Shown here: positions 9,436 to 19,293 of the stretch, piece after piece
Numbering within the stretch: position 1 is the first letter of the stretch
Layout of the letters: every line of letters starts with the position of its first letter
Virus record (IMG/VR): IMGVR_UViG_3300032308_002092
Coordinates: 32,001 to 96,000 of that record
Strand: one strand, 5' to 3'
Length of the DNA stretch: 64,000 nt
Source: a virus
Made by a program: the position numbers and the translations under genes
Notes under the pieces: model-generated
Told to the model about the DNA's origin: nothing
The model's database searches: none
What the model saw: only the letters and a program-made list of their open reading frames with translations

Positions 9436-10652
9436 GCGAAGAGATCAAGAAATCTAAGAACGGCCAATGGGTGCTAGAGAAATCCTACTCCGACGAGGAA
9501 AGAAAGAGAAGAAACCGCGCTAGGTTCTTTGCGTCGCAAGCAGAAGAGATGAAGCAGCAGAAAGAAGAAGACAAAGAGGCTGACAGAAAAGCAAACTTGT
9601 CTAATCCGTTTACGGGTCGTATCGACTCATTCAAGCCTGAAGATCCAAAAGCCGATTGGAAGAGCCGAATAGAAGATATCAGCAACAACCCTCTCTCAAC
9701 CAAGCCGGGCGTGGACTCCTCTAGTATGCAGCTGTCCCCTCAAGTTGCTTTTCAGCAAAAGAAAAAAGCCATGGCTCAAGCAGAGGCTAATACCAAGGCT
9801 GTTCAAGATGCGAATCACCAAAAGCACATGGGTGAGATACTAGCGGGCAGGAAGCAGCCAGTGACCATGTGGGAGAAAGCCGCTCTAGTTGCGCACATGA
9901 AGCAAAAACACGCAGAGATGTCTGCACCAAAGTCGAGTCCACAGTCGGTTAAGTCAGGCTCGCAACCAGTAAAGCCTAGTGGCATGATAGTAAGAAGAAA
10001 AGAAGACATGAATAAATCAGACATGAGTAAAGCAGACTACGAGATGGATATGTCAAACCTCATCGAGCTACTACATCATATCAAAGAGCTAAAGGCCAAC
10101 CTACAAGAAGGCGATGAGCTCCCAGACTGGGTCTCAGCTAAGTTGACCCTTGCTACCGACTACCTCTCCCGCATTGCTCACTATGTCGACGGCAAGAAGG
10201 AGATGGATAGCCCGCTCAACAAGATCGCACAGCTAGAGAAAGCACTCAAGGACCTCAAGAAAGAAGATGCTTACTGGCAGAACAAGAAGCCAGTGAACCA
10301 GATCGACCGCGAGAACCAGAAGGCGGTACAGCAGTATCGCCAACAAAAGATGGGTGTTGGTCAAGGCTCTGGACCAGATGTCCAAGTAGGCTCTGCACCT
10401 AGACTTACAGGTGTAGCTAAAGAGTACCAAATGGGTACTACTAAATCCAATAAGCCCATCATGTCGTGGCCAGAGCATGTAGCTCACAATGACTTTAATG
10501 AGGCAGATCACGGCGAAGCTTTCGCTGCACACAAGAAAATTAGGGACGAGCTACGCGCTGACCGAGGTGCTAATCCTAAGTTGGCAGATCACCACCACAA
10601 CGCTGCCGAGTATCACTCCAAGATGCAAGCGAAGCTGAGGTCTGGTAGATGA
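9432..10652 (+). CDS. Probable internal head protein
   Basis: N-terminal KNGQWVLEKS; ELPDWVSAKLTLATDYL module resembling those seen in large-myovirus head proteins. Confidence 0.55.
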   Translation: MSEEIKKSKNGQWVLEKSYSDEERKRRNRARFFASQAEEMKQQKEEDKEADRKANLSNPFTGRIDSFKPEDPKADWKSRIEDISNNPLSTKPGVDSSSMQLSPQVAFQQKKKAMAQAEANTKAVQDANHQKHMGEILAGRKQPVTMWEKAALVAHMKQKHAEMSAPKSSPQSVKSGSQPVKPSGMIVRRKEDMNKSDMSKADYEMDMSNLIELLHHIKELKANLQEGDELPDWVSAKLTLATDYLSRIAHYVDGKKEMDSPLNKIAQLEKALKDLKKEDAYWQNKKPVNQIDRENQKAVQQYRQQKMGVGQGSGPDVQVGSAPRLTGVAKEYQMGTTKSNKPIMSWPEHVAHNDFNEADHGEAFAAHKKIRDELRADRGANPKLADHHHNAAEYHSKMQAKLRSGR

Positions 10653-11311
10653 GCAGATGCTGGGAAGGATACAAGCCCACTCCGGGTAAGAAGCCTTACT
10701 CAGAAGGCTCTTGCATAGAGAAGACAGACTTCGAGCCCGACAGCCAATATGTAAAAGTGTCGGGTCACGATGGGTGGCATAAAATTCTAGATATTAAAGA
10801 CACCAACATCCCAGCGCACAAGCCTGGCGGCGGCAACAACTATACGGTGCAGTGCGTTAAAACAGGCAAAAAGCAAGTAGTGCATCAGTCTAAGGTTTCT
10901 TCTCATTCTTTTGGCGACGACATAGAAGAGCTGAGTAAGTCTGCTGTTGTTTGTTTTTACAGTGATGGATCCGTAGACTACGTTGCAGCTCATGATTTTA
11001 GCGAAGCAGCTGAGTCAGCGTTAATTAAACACCTAGAGTCACTAGGTTACACTGAAGACCTATCTAAGGGTCTCAAAGCAGAGCACAAGTCATCTAAGGG
11101 CGGCATGACTGCTGCTGGTGTTGCGGCTTATCGTCGCGAGAACCCAGGCTCTAAGCTTCAAACTGCGGTTGGAGAGAAGAACCCAACTGGTAAGCGAGCA
11201 AAGCGCAGACGTTCGTTCTGTGCAAGGATGTCTGGTAACGATGGCCCTATGAAGGATGACAAGGGTAGACCAACTAGGAAGGCTCTGGCGCTCAGAAGAT
11301 GGAGATGCTGA
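10649..11311 (+). CDS. Modular head protein with a CWEGYK motif and a DUF6321-like C-terminal domain
   Basis: GGMTAAGVAAYRRENPGSKL...RRRSFCARMSG...ALRRWRC. Confidence 0.6.
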   Translation: MSRCWEGYKPTPGKKPYSEGSCIEKTDFEPDSQYVKVSGHDGWHKILDIKDTNIPAHKPGGGNNYTVQCVKTGKKQVVHQSKVSSHSFGDDIEELSKSAVVCFYSDGSVDYVAAHDFSEAAESALIKHLESLGYTEDLSKGLKAEHKSSKGGMTAAGVAAYRRENPGSKLQTAVGEKNPTGKRAKRRRSFCARMSGNDGPMKDDKGRPTRKALALRRWRC

Positions 11312-11736
11312 TGAGCTTAATCTCTTTTGCTAAAAATGGTCAGTGGCGCCTCAACAAATCAAGCGGTATCTCGCTGGACAAGATCAACCACTTCGAGGGA
11401 TCCGACCTTGCTCCCGCAGAGCATCACTACTCAGTGAACAAAGACGGCAACTCCATCGGTAGAGCTATAGTCTTCGACAAAGACCCTAAGTCTATACACG
11501 AAGCGGGTAGGACAGGTCCATCACTAAAAGATATTCGCCTCAAGCCAGAGCATCAGGGGCAAGGCCACAGCAAGCAGATCATAGACCAACTGACCGCAAT
11601 TCACGGTCCTCTTTCTTCCGACTCCAGGGGTAATATCTCTGCTGCGGGCAGCAAGATGTTCGACGCCTACGGTACAAAACACAAAGACAGCAATGGAACT
11701 AGTTTTCACGTGCTAGGAGACCATGATGCCAAGTAA
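11311..11736 (+). CDS. GNAT-like acetyltransferase with N-terminal KNGQW tag
   Basis: PEHQGQGHSK resembles the acetyl-CoA-binding motif A; N-terminal FAKNGQWRLNKS. Confidence 0.55.
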   Translation: MSLISFAKNGQWRLNKSSGISLDKINHFEGSDLAPAEHHYSVNKDGNSIGRAIVFDKDPKSIHEAGRTGPSLKDIRLKPEHQGQGHSKQIIDQLTAIHGPLSSDSRGNISAAGSKMFDAYGTKHKDSNGTSFHVLGDHDAK

Positions 11737-12181
11737 GAAAGAACTGATCGCCGAGCACGAGAAACTAATCCCTGTGCTCCGAGAAGGTACAAAAGAAGAG
11801 CGCGAGAAGGAAGCCGACGAGCAGGAAGGCGAGCTCGCTGATATGAAGAAAGAGCAGCTGGTCTTTGCTAAAAACGGTCAATGGAGTTTAGTCAAGATGT
11901 CGAACTACGGTCCAAAAGGCGCTGGTCTCTATGACCCAGTGGTCAACTCTAAGCGTAAAGAGAACAACACGGGTCAATCTGTGGAAGATGCAGGCCGCAA
12001 CAAAAATGTCAAGGAATACACCAATATCCAAGGCACCGCCCAAGCACAGGCCAAAGCCCTTGCAGCCAAGCAAGCTAAACTTAACGCCAAGCAACCGGTG
12101 AAGACAGAGATCCCACCTGAGCTCAAGGCTAGGCTAGAGGCTGAGGCCAACAAGCCAAAAGAAAAAGAAAAGAAATCTTGA
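11723..12181 (+). CDS. Probable internal head protein
   Basis: FAKNGQWSLVKM motif; basic C-terminus. Confidence 0.55.
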   Translation: MMPSKKELIAEHEKLIPVLREGTKEEREKEADEQEGELADMKKEQLVFAKNGQWSLVKMSNYGPKGAGLYDPVVNSKRKENNTGQSVEDAGRNKNVKEYTNIQGTAQAQAKALAAKQAKLNAKQPVKTEIPPELKARLEAEANKPKEKEKKS

Positions 12182-12191
12182 CTCAAACGTC

Positions 12192-12200
12192 TGATATAAT
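12192..12200 (+). promoter_or_regulatory. Putative late promoter TGATATAAT
   Basis: TGn-TATAAT upstream of the fibre gene cluster. Confidence 0.55.
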
Positions 12201-12259
12201 TTAGGTACATTTGGGTGTTACAAGGGTAGCACCGTCAGGAAAATCGAGCATCGGAGTAT

Positions 12260-12844
12260 GTGATGTTGGAAAAACGCTTTTATGCGGTTCCTCCACAACT
12301 GTTAACCACCAATGGTAGCGTCAACGGTTTCATAACTATCGCAAATGCTTCGATTTTACTTAAAGTCAAGCAAATCGTTAACGTCACCGATACCCTTGGT
12401 AATCATAGAACTTATGAAGTAAAACGAGTAGACTTCCCGGATATCGTGTTCCTCGGGCCAATTGGCAAACCTATAGGCACTTACGATGATATGTCTGCCT
12501 ATACTACTGTCAATGGTGCCTTCCTTTTTGCTGATGAGCAGCAACGTACTAAAATTGCAGAGCAAGAGATACCTCGTGCAGTGTATGCTGAAGAGCCTAC
12601 TGTGGCAATTAGATCAACACTAGTTGATACTAGTGGGCGCAGTTATGGTACAGCGATTAATCCTATAAATATAACGGGTTCCGTATCGACAAGCGGTGGC
12701 TTGGTGTTCGACGATATTCAGTTAACTAGAGATAGCGATGGCGATATCACTAAGGCCGTGTATCGACTAGCCACTGTGCCTGTTCTAACTTACGACTTAT
12801 TTTACGACTCCAACAAAGATCTAATAGAGGTGATTAAATCATGA
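12260..12844 (+). CDS. Virion structural protein (fibre/collar cluster)
   Basis: ORF; position; beta-rich. Confidence 0.55.
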   Translation: MMLEKRFYAVPPQLLTTNGSVNGFITIANASILLKVKQIVNVTDTLGNHRTYEVKRVDFPDIVFLGPIGKPIGTYDDMSAYTTVNGAFLFADEQQRTKIAEQEIPRAVYAEEPTVAIRSTLVDTSGRSYGTAINPINITGSVSTSGGLVFDDIQLTRDSDGDITKAVYRLATVPVLTYDLFYDSNKDLIEVIKS

Positions 12845-13056
12845 CAGTAAAAGATAAGACCAAGATCGAGTTTAATGTGTTCAACCCGACGCAGCCATTT
12901 GACTTGGTGAAGGTTTTTAATGAAAATCGTATCGTTACTCATCAGTATACCCCAGCCGGAAGTAAGCGTGTGCAGTATGATACTTTCTCAAACACTTGGA
13001 TAGTAGAAGACCCACAGATAGTCGTAGATAATGATGGTAACGTTGTTGTTATTTAA
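12841..13056 (+). CDS. Small virion-region protein
   Basis: ORF coupled to the previous gene by ATGA overlap. Confidence 0.55.
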   Translation: MTVKDKTKIEFNVFNPTQPFDLVKVFNENRIVTHQYTPAGSKRVQYDTFSNTWIVEDPQIVVDNDGNVVVI

Positions 13057-13076
13057 GGTATAGGCGGTAAACAACA

Positions 13077-14030
13077 ATGTCAAAGCATAACGCCTTAGAT
13101 TATAGCGATCTACATTCGCCGTCATCGCAGCAGATAGAGAACACATCAGGTGTTACGCTGCTAAGAGGTACTGTTGTAAGACTAACAGGCTTTGGCATAC
13201 AGTTCCCAACCGTAAACGTCGCCAACCCATTGGTGTCTTCTAATTTTGGCATTGCACAATCAGATATTCTCCCTGGCGACGTAGGCTTTGTCACTTGTAT
13301 TGGTCTAATGCGAGAGCTAGATACATCTGCTTTTGTTGTAGGAACACCGCTATACTCCACAACCGCTGGTGTGCTTTCATCCGTAGCACTAGGACCCATA
13401 GTCGCTAGTGTTTTAAAGCAAGACGCCATAGATGGTGTACTTTACGTAGTTGCTGCTGTCGATCTAACGAGCGGAGGTGCCGTACCATGGGACGTAAACG
13501 GTAACGGAGGCACCAACCCTGCCTCTAATTTCATCGGCACCACAGATTATCAAGGTCTTTCAGTAAGAACAAACAACATCGAAGCTGCTAGATTTACAGA
13601 GCAACAGCGTTTTGGCCTAGGTACTGCAACACCGGGCCTTCATTTTGAGCAGAGATCGCACTCATCTACTAACGCCTCGGGTCTTCAGACCGAGACGTTC
13701 TATCTCGAGACGAACTCTAACCTGCCGCAGACTGCTTACTCCCTGACACTCGCGAACCCTGAAGTCATGCGTTTTACATTTGAAGCTACTGCTAGAGCCA
13801 TCGATGGGTCTGGACGAGCGTTGTTTACTAGAACTGGGCTAGCATATAGAGAGTCATCAAACGTGCAGCTGCAGGGTGGTACTTGGGAAACCGACAACAC
13901 TATAAAGTCCAATAACGCTTATTCCGTGAGTTATCAGTTGGGTGTCTCGTCGATTACTTTTCGTGTTAAATCAGCAGTATCCAGTGAGACGCGGTGGACC
14001 GGAAGGGTTATAGTACAGCGCGTGGTATGA
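13077..14030 (+). CDS. Fibre/decoration protein
   Basis: W..NGN.GT...NFIGTTD...L..RTNN.E motif common in fibre proteins; C-terminal domain similar to that of the next gene. Confidence 0.65.
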   Translation: MSKHNALDYSDLHSPSSQQIENTSGVTLLRGTVVRLTGFGIQFPTVNVANPLVSSNFGIAQSDILPGDVGFVTCIGLMRELDTSAFVVGTPLYSTTAGVLSSVALGPIVASVLKQDAIDGVLYVVAAVDLTSGGAVPWDVNGNGGTNPASNFIGTTDYQGLSVRTNNIEAARFTEQQRFGLGTATPGLHFEQRSHSSTNASGLQTETFYLETNSNLPQTAYSLTLANPEVMRFTFEATARAIDGSGRALFTRTGLAYRESSNVQLQGGTWETDNTIKSNNAYSVSYQLGVSSITFRVKSAVSSETRWTGRVIVQRVV

Positions 14031-14066
14031 TACTAGTACCAGTTTTAATTAAAAAGAGGTGTGTAT

Positions 14067-16079
14067 ATGGCTATTATAACAGGTAGAATTACAGTAAACG
14101 AAAAGCAGATTCTCGAAGTAGATGCTGTCCCCTCCTCTGGCGGCGGTACATCGGCGGAAATCGGTTCGTTGGCCATGTTTACGACCGGCTCTGTGGGTAC
14201 GGTCTACATAAAGACTGGAGCTGCAGATACAGCATGGGACCAGGTCTCAACATCTACCGCTTCCGGTACCATCGAAGCGGGTGTAGCTGGGCGCCTAGCT
14301 CTATATCCAGCTTCTGGCAATACACTTAACGATCAATATACTCAAAACTCTCAGCTTATTGACGTTAATATCGCGCCGCAAGGCACTAGAAGTGCTGCTA
14401 TAGCCTACACCATCCCCAATCCTGGAGATGCGGTAACTGCTGCCTCCTTTGTATTGACCGAAGGTGCTACAACTATTAATGGCGCCTTAACTCTAACTAG
14501 TCCTCTAGCGATGTCAGGCCAAGGCATTACTGGACTTGCGAATCCGATCAGTGCGCAAGATGCTTCGACTAAGTTTTATGTCGACTCCGTTGCGCAAGGT
14601 TTAACTTGGAAAAACTCTGTTCGCGCTTCTACAACTGCAGCAATCACGCTTTCGGGTGCTCAGACGATTGACGGCGTGTCGGTAATTGCTGGAGATCGAG
14701 TACTAGTTAAAAACCAAGGATCTGCAATCGCAAACGGTATATACGTCGCAGCCGCTGGCGCTTGGTCTCGCTCTTTGGATATGGATGGTGGTACAGAAGC
14801 TATTGGTGCCGCTGTATTCGTAGAAGAAGGTACTACAAACGGAGATACAGCGTGGGTCCAGGTAACTGATGCTCCTGCGACTATCGGTACCGATCCGCTT
14901 GTTTTTACTCAGTTTGCCGGTGCTGGTACTTATACCGCGGGCAACGGCTTGTCTTTGACAGGTACTCAGTTCGCTGTAAACCTTGCTTCCGCATCTGGCT
15001 TGACCTTTACCTCTGGCGCTCTAGACCATCTACTAGATGGTTCTACGCTATCTAAGTCCGCTTCTGGACTTCGCGTTGCTCTTCTTGGAATTACAAATGC
15101 GGAAGTCTCAGCATCAGCCGCGATTGCAAGATCTAAGCTTGCTTCTGGAACCGCTGACCATGTCTTGATCAATGATGGCTCAGGCGTGATGAGCTCAGAA
15201 GCCCAGCTCGCACTTACACGTGGCGGTACTAACGCCTCGCTTACTGCTGTAGATGGTGGAATCGTTTACTCTGGTGCATCTGCTCTAGCGATCTCAGCTG
15301 CTGGTACTTCTGGTCAAGCTCTCATCTCTGGAGGCGCTGGCGCCCCTACATGGTTCTCTGGCACTGGCGTGGTCAAAGCGACTTCTGGTGTTCTGTCTGT
15401 CGGCAATGTATCCCTTACGACAGAAGTTTCTGGTATCCTGCCAGTCGCAAATGGCGGCACCAACTCCAGTACGGCTCTAAACAGCAACCGTTTCATGGTC
15501 TCAAGCGGTGGTGCAATCGTTGAATCGGCTGCTATCACTGCTGGTCACGTAATCTATGCAAACACAAATGGACTTCCAGCGGGTTCTGCTAACCACTTCT
15601 GGGACAACGCGAACTCTAGGCTTGGTATTGGTATTGCCGCTCCTACTCAGACACTACATGTAGTAGGAAATACTTTATTTGGAACCGGTTCTGCATTCCT
15701 TCACCAAGCGGTTTCTGGCATTACTTGGCGCGAGCAGCAGGCTACAGTTGATACCGTTAATGCTACTGTTGTCTCACTTGATACTTTTACGGTACCCACT
15801 GATACAGTTGTTCTAGTAGAGTTCCGTGTGATCGGTCGTAGAACTGGCGGTATCGGCGGTACCGTTGGTGATTCATCTACGTACGTCAGAACAGCCCGTG
15901 TCCGCAACGTAGGTGGAACGCTTACAATTCTAAATCTGCAGTCTGACTACACGTCCGAAAGCGTCCCTGCAACTAACTGCACAATCGATGTTTCCGGTGC
16001 TGACCTACGCTGCCGTGTAACAGGCCCTGCTACAGCAGACTATACCTGGTTCTCACACGCTAAGATTCTAAACGGATAA
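14067..16079 (+). CDS. Long fibre protein
   Basis: DASTKFYVD and LSGAQTIDGV...GDRVLVKNQ...NGIY modules; Ala/Gly/Thr/Ser-rich. Confidence 0.75.
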   Translation: MAIITGRITVNEKQILEVDAVPSSGGGTSAEIGSLAMFTTGSVGTVYIKTGAADTAWDQVSTSTASGTIEAGVAGRLALYPASGNTLNDQYTQNSQLIDVNIAPQGTRSAAIAYTIPNPGDAVTAASFVLTEGATTINGALTLTSPLAMSGQGITGLANPISAQDASTKFYVDSVAQGLTWKNSVRASTTAAITLSGAQTIDGVSVIAGDRVLVKNQGSAIANGIYVAAAGAWSRSLDMDGGTEAIGAAVFVEEGTTNGDTAWVQVTDAPATIGTDPLVFTQFAGAGTYTAGNGLSLTGTQFAVNLASASGLTFTSGALDHLLDGSTLSKSASGLRVALLGITNAEVSASAAIARSKLASGTADHVLINDGSGVMSSEAQLALTRGGTNASLTAVDGGIVYSGASALAISAAGTSGQALISGGAGAPTWFSGTGVVKATSGVLSVGNVSLTTEVSGILPVANGGTNSSTALNSNRFMVSSGGAIVESAAITAGHVIYANTNGLPAGSANHFWDNANSRLGIGIAAPTQTLHVVGNTLFGTGSAFLHQAVSGITWREQQATVDTVNATVVSLDTFTVPTDTVVLVEFRVIGRRTGGIGGTVGDSSTYVRTARVRNVGGTLTILNLQSDYTSESVPATNCTIDVSGADLRCRVTGPATADYTWFSHAKILNG

Positions 16080-16091
16080 GTCGTGGACTGA

Positions 16092-16131
16092 GTGCAACTT
16101 ACTGTGGTATAATACTTACAGTAAGTTGCAC
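16092..16131 (+). promoter_or_regulatory. Perfect 14-bp hairpin with a TGGTATAAT box in its loop (combined terminator/promoter)
   Basis: GTGCAACTTACTGT-ggtataatactt-ACAGTAAGTTGCAC. Confidence 0.6.
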
Positions 16132-16157
16132 CATTATTTCGCGATAGGTTTAAGTAA

Positions 16158-16592
16158 ATGGCCATATTAGGACAAATTACAGTAAACGAAATCTCAGTAG
16201 CAGAGCTAGACCAAAGCCCGCTAGTAGATCCCATTTCTCTACCAATCGGCTCGCTCGGCATAGATACCGTTACGGGTATCGTGTATTCTAAGATTGGCCC
16301 ACTAGATTCAGACTGGACGGAGCTTGGTTCTGCTGGCGCAGTTACTAGAGTTGGCTCCACTAATGACCGTAGAATCGCAATATGGGATGGTGACGACCTT
16401 GATACTATAAAAAACAGTAAGGCCGAGGTTCAAATCGGCGGAGCTATACAAGCGCAGTCATTCGTAGGTAGAAAAGAAATCGACGACATCGTTTTGATAC
16501 CAAGTAAGCATTATGTGATAAGCTCTGGTATAACTATCATGCCAACAGGGTCAGTAACTATCGATGTCGATAGTGAGTTAATAATAATATAA
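16158..16592 (+). CDS. Fibre-associated protein (N-terminus paralogous to 14067)
   Basis: MAILGQITVNE vs MAIITGRITVNE. Confidence 0.6.
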   Translation: MAILGQITVNEISVAELDQSPLVDPISLPIGSLGIDTVTGIVYSKIGPLDSDWTELGSAGAVTRVGSTNDRRIAIWDGDDLDTIKNSKAEVQIGGAIQAQSFVGRKEIDDIVLIPSKHYVISSGITIMPTGSVTIDVDSELIII

Positions 16593-16601
16593 GGAGGCCG
16601 T

Positions 16602-18059
16602 ATGGCCACAACACCCCCAGGAGCACTAGGTTTTGCGCAACTAAGCACATCTCCATCTGCGCCACCTGCTGGTTACTGTATCATTTATTCAAAAACAGAC
16701 AATATCTTGTACCTTCAAGATTCTGCTGGGATAGAAGTTGCATTGGGTTCCGCAAGTGGAATCACGGCTCTAACTGGTGAGGCTACAGCTACTGGACCAG
16801 GATCAGCAGCAATAACTCTATCAAACTCTGCGGTGATCGGAAAGGTCCTTACAGGATTCGTTTCTGGACCTAATAGTGTAGTCTTAGCTACAGATTCTAT
16901 TCTACAAGCGGTTCAGAAACTACAAGGGCAGATATCAGCTACTTCTGGTGCGGCGATCACCTCTCTTACAGGCGATGTAACGGGAACTGGGCCAGGAGCC
17001 ACAGCCGCAACCGTTGCTTTTGTAGGCGGTAAATCTGCAGCCAGCGTAGCTACTTCAGTAGATGATACGCAGGATGCAACTTCAATCAATACTGCTTCAA
17101 GAATAGTTAAGCGAGATGCTTCAGGTAACTTTGCCGCAAATGTGATCACAGCTTCTCTTACTGGTGACGTTACTGGTAACGTTACTGGTAACGTTACAGG
17201 ATCAGCTGGGTCTTTTACAGGAGCCCTAGCAGGCGATGTAACTGGGCTTCAGGGATCTACGGCCATTGCATCATCTGTAGTCACCGGTAAATTGCTTACG
17301 GGTTTAGTTGCTGGTGCTAATACACCCATCGTCGCTACTGATAGTTTACTAACAGCTTTTGCTAATCTCCAGGCTCAAGTGACTGCAACCTCTGGTGCTG
17401 CAATCACGGCTCTCTCTGGAGACGTGGTCGCAACAGGACCAGGCTCGGTTGCTTCTACTATCCAGGCGAACGTTGTTAGTAACAGCAAATTATCACAAAT
17501 GCCAACCCTTACCTTTAAGGGTAACAATACTGGATCTACTGCAGACCCACTTGATTTGACTGTATCTCAAGTTACCTCTGTTTTAAACAACGCCGCTCTA
17601 CCCGTGCAGATCGGTACATCTAACTTTGCTGGTGCTTCTCAGTATCTTGCTCTAGCAGACCACGTTCATAGCCATGGTAATCAAACTGTGGGCACGTTGC
17701 ACGCGGCCGCAACTGGATCAGTGAATGGCTTCATGTCTTCCGCTGACAAGACTAAGCTGGATGCGTCAACTAGCGATAACACTGTTTCAACTATTGTGCA
17801 AAGAAGTGCGGCAGGTCTGGTTGAACTCACGACCCAGCAACTGAACGGATCAACATCTGGTAATGTGCAGCTGAAAGCAGCAGATACCACGACATCCTAT
17901 GTTTTAAAATTTCCATCAGTACAAGGTCCTGCAGGTACTTATCTATCCAACGATGGAGCGGGTAACCTATCCTGGTCAACCGCTGTGGTTAATATTGACG
18001 GTGGTAGATCTGATTCTGTATTTGTAATTGGGGCCAACATTGTTGGCGGAACGCCTTAA
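16602..18059 (+). CDS. Fibre protein with LTGDVTG repeats
   Basis: Repeated ITxLTGDV and ATDS.L.A..KLQ motifs. Confidence 0.7.
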   Translation: MATTPPGALGFAQLSTSPSAPPAGYCIIYSKTDNILYLQDSAGIEVALGSASGITALTGEATATGPGSAAITLSNSAVIGKVLTGFVSGPNSVVLATDSILQAVQKLQGQISATSGAAITSLTGDVTGTGPGATAATVAFVGGKSAASVATSVDDTQDATSINTASRIVKRDASGNFAANVITASLTGDVTGNVTGNVTGSAGSFTGALAGDVTGLQGSTAIASSVVTGKLLTGLVAGANTPIVATDSLLTAFANLQAQVTATSGAAITALSGDVVATGPGSVASTIQANVVSNSKLSQMPTLTFKGNNTGSTADPLDLTVSQVTSVLNNAALPVQIGTSNFAGASQYLALADHVHSHGNQTVGTLHAAATGSVNGFMSSADKTKLDASTSDNTVSTIVQRSAAGLVELTTQQLNGSTSGNVQLKAADTTTSYVLKFPSVQGPAGTYLSNDGAGNLSWSTAVVNIDGGRSDSVFVIGANIVGGTP

Positions 18060-18068
18060 GGAGAAAAT

Positions 18069-19292
18069 ATGCCCGCAGTAAGCGTAATACAACTGAGAAG
18101 AGCGACGGCAGCTCAATGGTCTAGTGCTAACCCAATCTTAGCCATTGGTGAGCTTGGATACGAGACAGACACCAACACCTACAAAGTGGGTGATGGCTCA
18201 ACTGCTTGGTCTTCATTATCCTATGGTGGGTTGGTTGGTCCGCAGCAAACAGAGGTGTTGGAAAGCTACGGCGATGGCTCTGATGGTGACGTAACTGTCT
18301 CATCAGGTGTTACTACCTTAGTTAGGGACACTTACTATAACAATCTAACTATCTCTGGTACTGGAAGTATTTTTACAAACGGTTGGAGAATATTCGTAAA
18401 AGGCACCCTAGATATATCGGCTGCCCCTGCCGGCGCGATAAACTGGAACGGAAACAACGGAAGCAACGCAACTACTTCGGCTGGCGCAAGCGGCGGCGCT
18501 GCTGTTACTGGAATAACAGTTGGAAGTACTTCAGGGGGCGGCACAGGAGCAAGCACGGGAAGTAACGCTGCTGGAGGAACAGGCACTTCGGTTTCATCAA
18601 TCGGATTGGGTAACGGCGGTGCGGGAGGAGGCGGCGGCGCTGGCGGTGCTGGTGCTGCTGGTGGTGCAAACGCTGGCGGAGCATCTACTGTGGGTGGTGC
18701 GATTACTGCAAGTTTTCCAATTAGACGCTATGAAACTGAGCTTATTAGAGGAACGGCCTTGATACCTGGCGGCAACGCCGGCCGAGGTGGATCTGGTGCA
18801 GGATCCGATAGCTCTGCAGGTGGCCGTAACGCTGGCGCTGGTGGAGGAGGAGCTAGTGGAGGAGTTGTTGCTGTCTGGGCAAAAACTATAAATCGAGGCG
18901 CTTCTACTGCTGTTGGTGCAATTAGAGCAAACGGCGGTAACGGTGGTAACGCAGCAAACGCTGCTGCTGGTATCACTGGTGGTGGCGGTGGTGGTGGTGG
19001 CGGCGGTGGCGGTTGGGTGTTCATTCAATACGATTCTCTTACAGGCACTTCTGCCACTAACGCAGTTACTGCAAATGGCGGTACAGGCGGCAACGGTGGC
19101 AACGGTTTGGGCGTCGGTGCAGCCGGAGGAACTGGTGGCCAAGGTGGTTCGGGCGGAAGAGTTACTCTACTAAACGTAAGAACGTCTACTGGCTCTGAGC
19201 TTGTAGGAACAGCAGGATCTGCCGGTAGTGGACCTTCAGGGTTAACAGGTGGTTCCGGCGGAGCTGGAAACTTAGCACAGGTGAATTTATAA
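18069..19292 (+). CDS. Gly-rich fibre/receptor-binding protein with Mtd_N-like N-terminus
   Basis: IQLRRATAAQW...NP.LA.GE.GYETDT..YKVGDG; poly-Gly domain. Confidence 0.7.
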   Translation: MPAVSVIQLRRATAAQWSSANPILAIGELGYETDTNTYKVGDGSTAWSSLSYGGLVGPQQTEVLESYGDGSDGDVTVSSGVTTLVRDTYYNNLTISGTGSIFTNGWRIFVKGTLDISAAPAGAINWNGNNGSNATTSAGASGGAAVTGITVGSTSGGGTGASTGSNAAGGTGTSVSSIGLGNGGAGGGGGAGGAGAAGGANAGGASTVGGAITASFPIRRYETELIRGTALIPGGNAGRGGSGAGSDSSAGGRNAGAGGGGASGGVVAVWAKTINRGASTAVGAIRANGGNGGNAANAAAGITGGGGGGGGGGGGWVFIQYDSLTGTSATNAVTANGGTGGNGGNGLGVGAAGGTGGQGGSGGRVTLLNVRTSTGSELVGTAGSAGSGPSGLTGGSGGAGNLAQVNL

Positions 19293-19293
19293 T

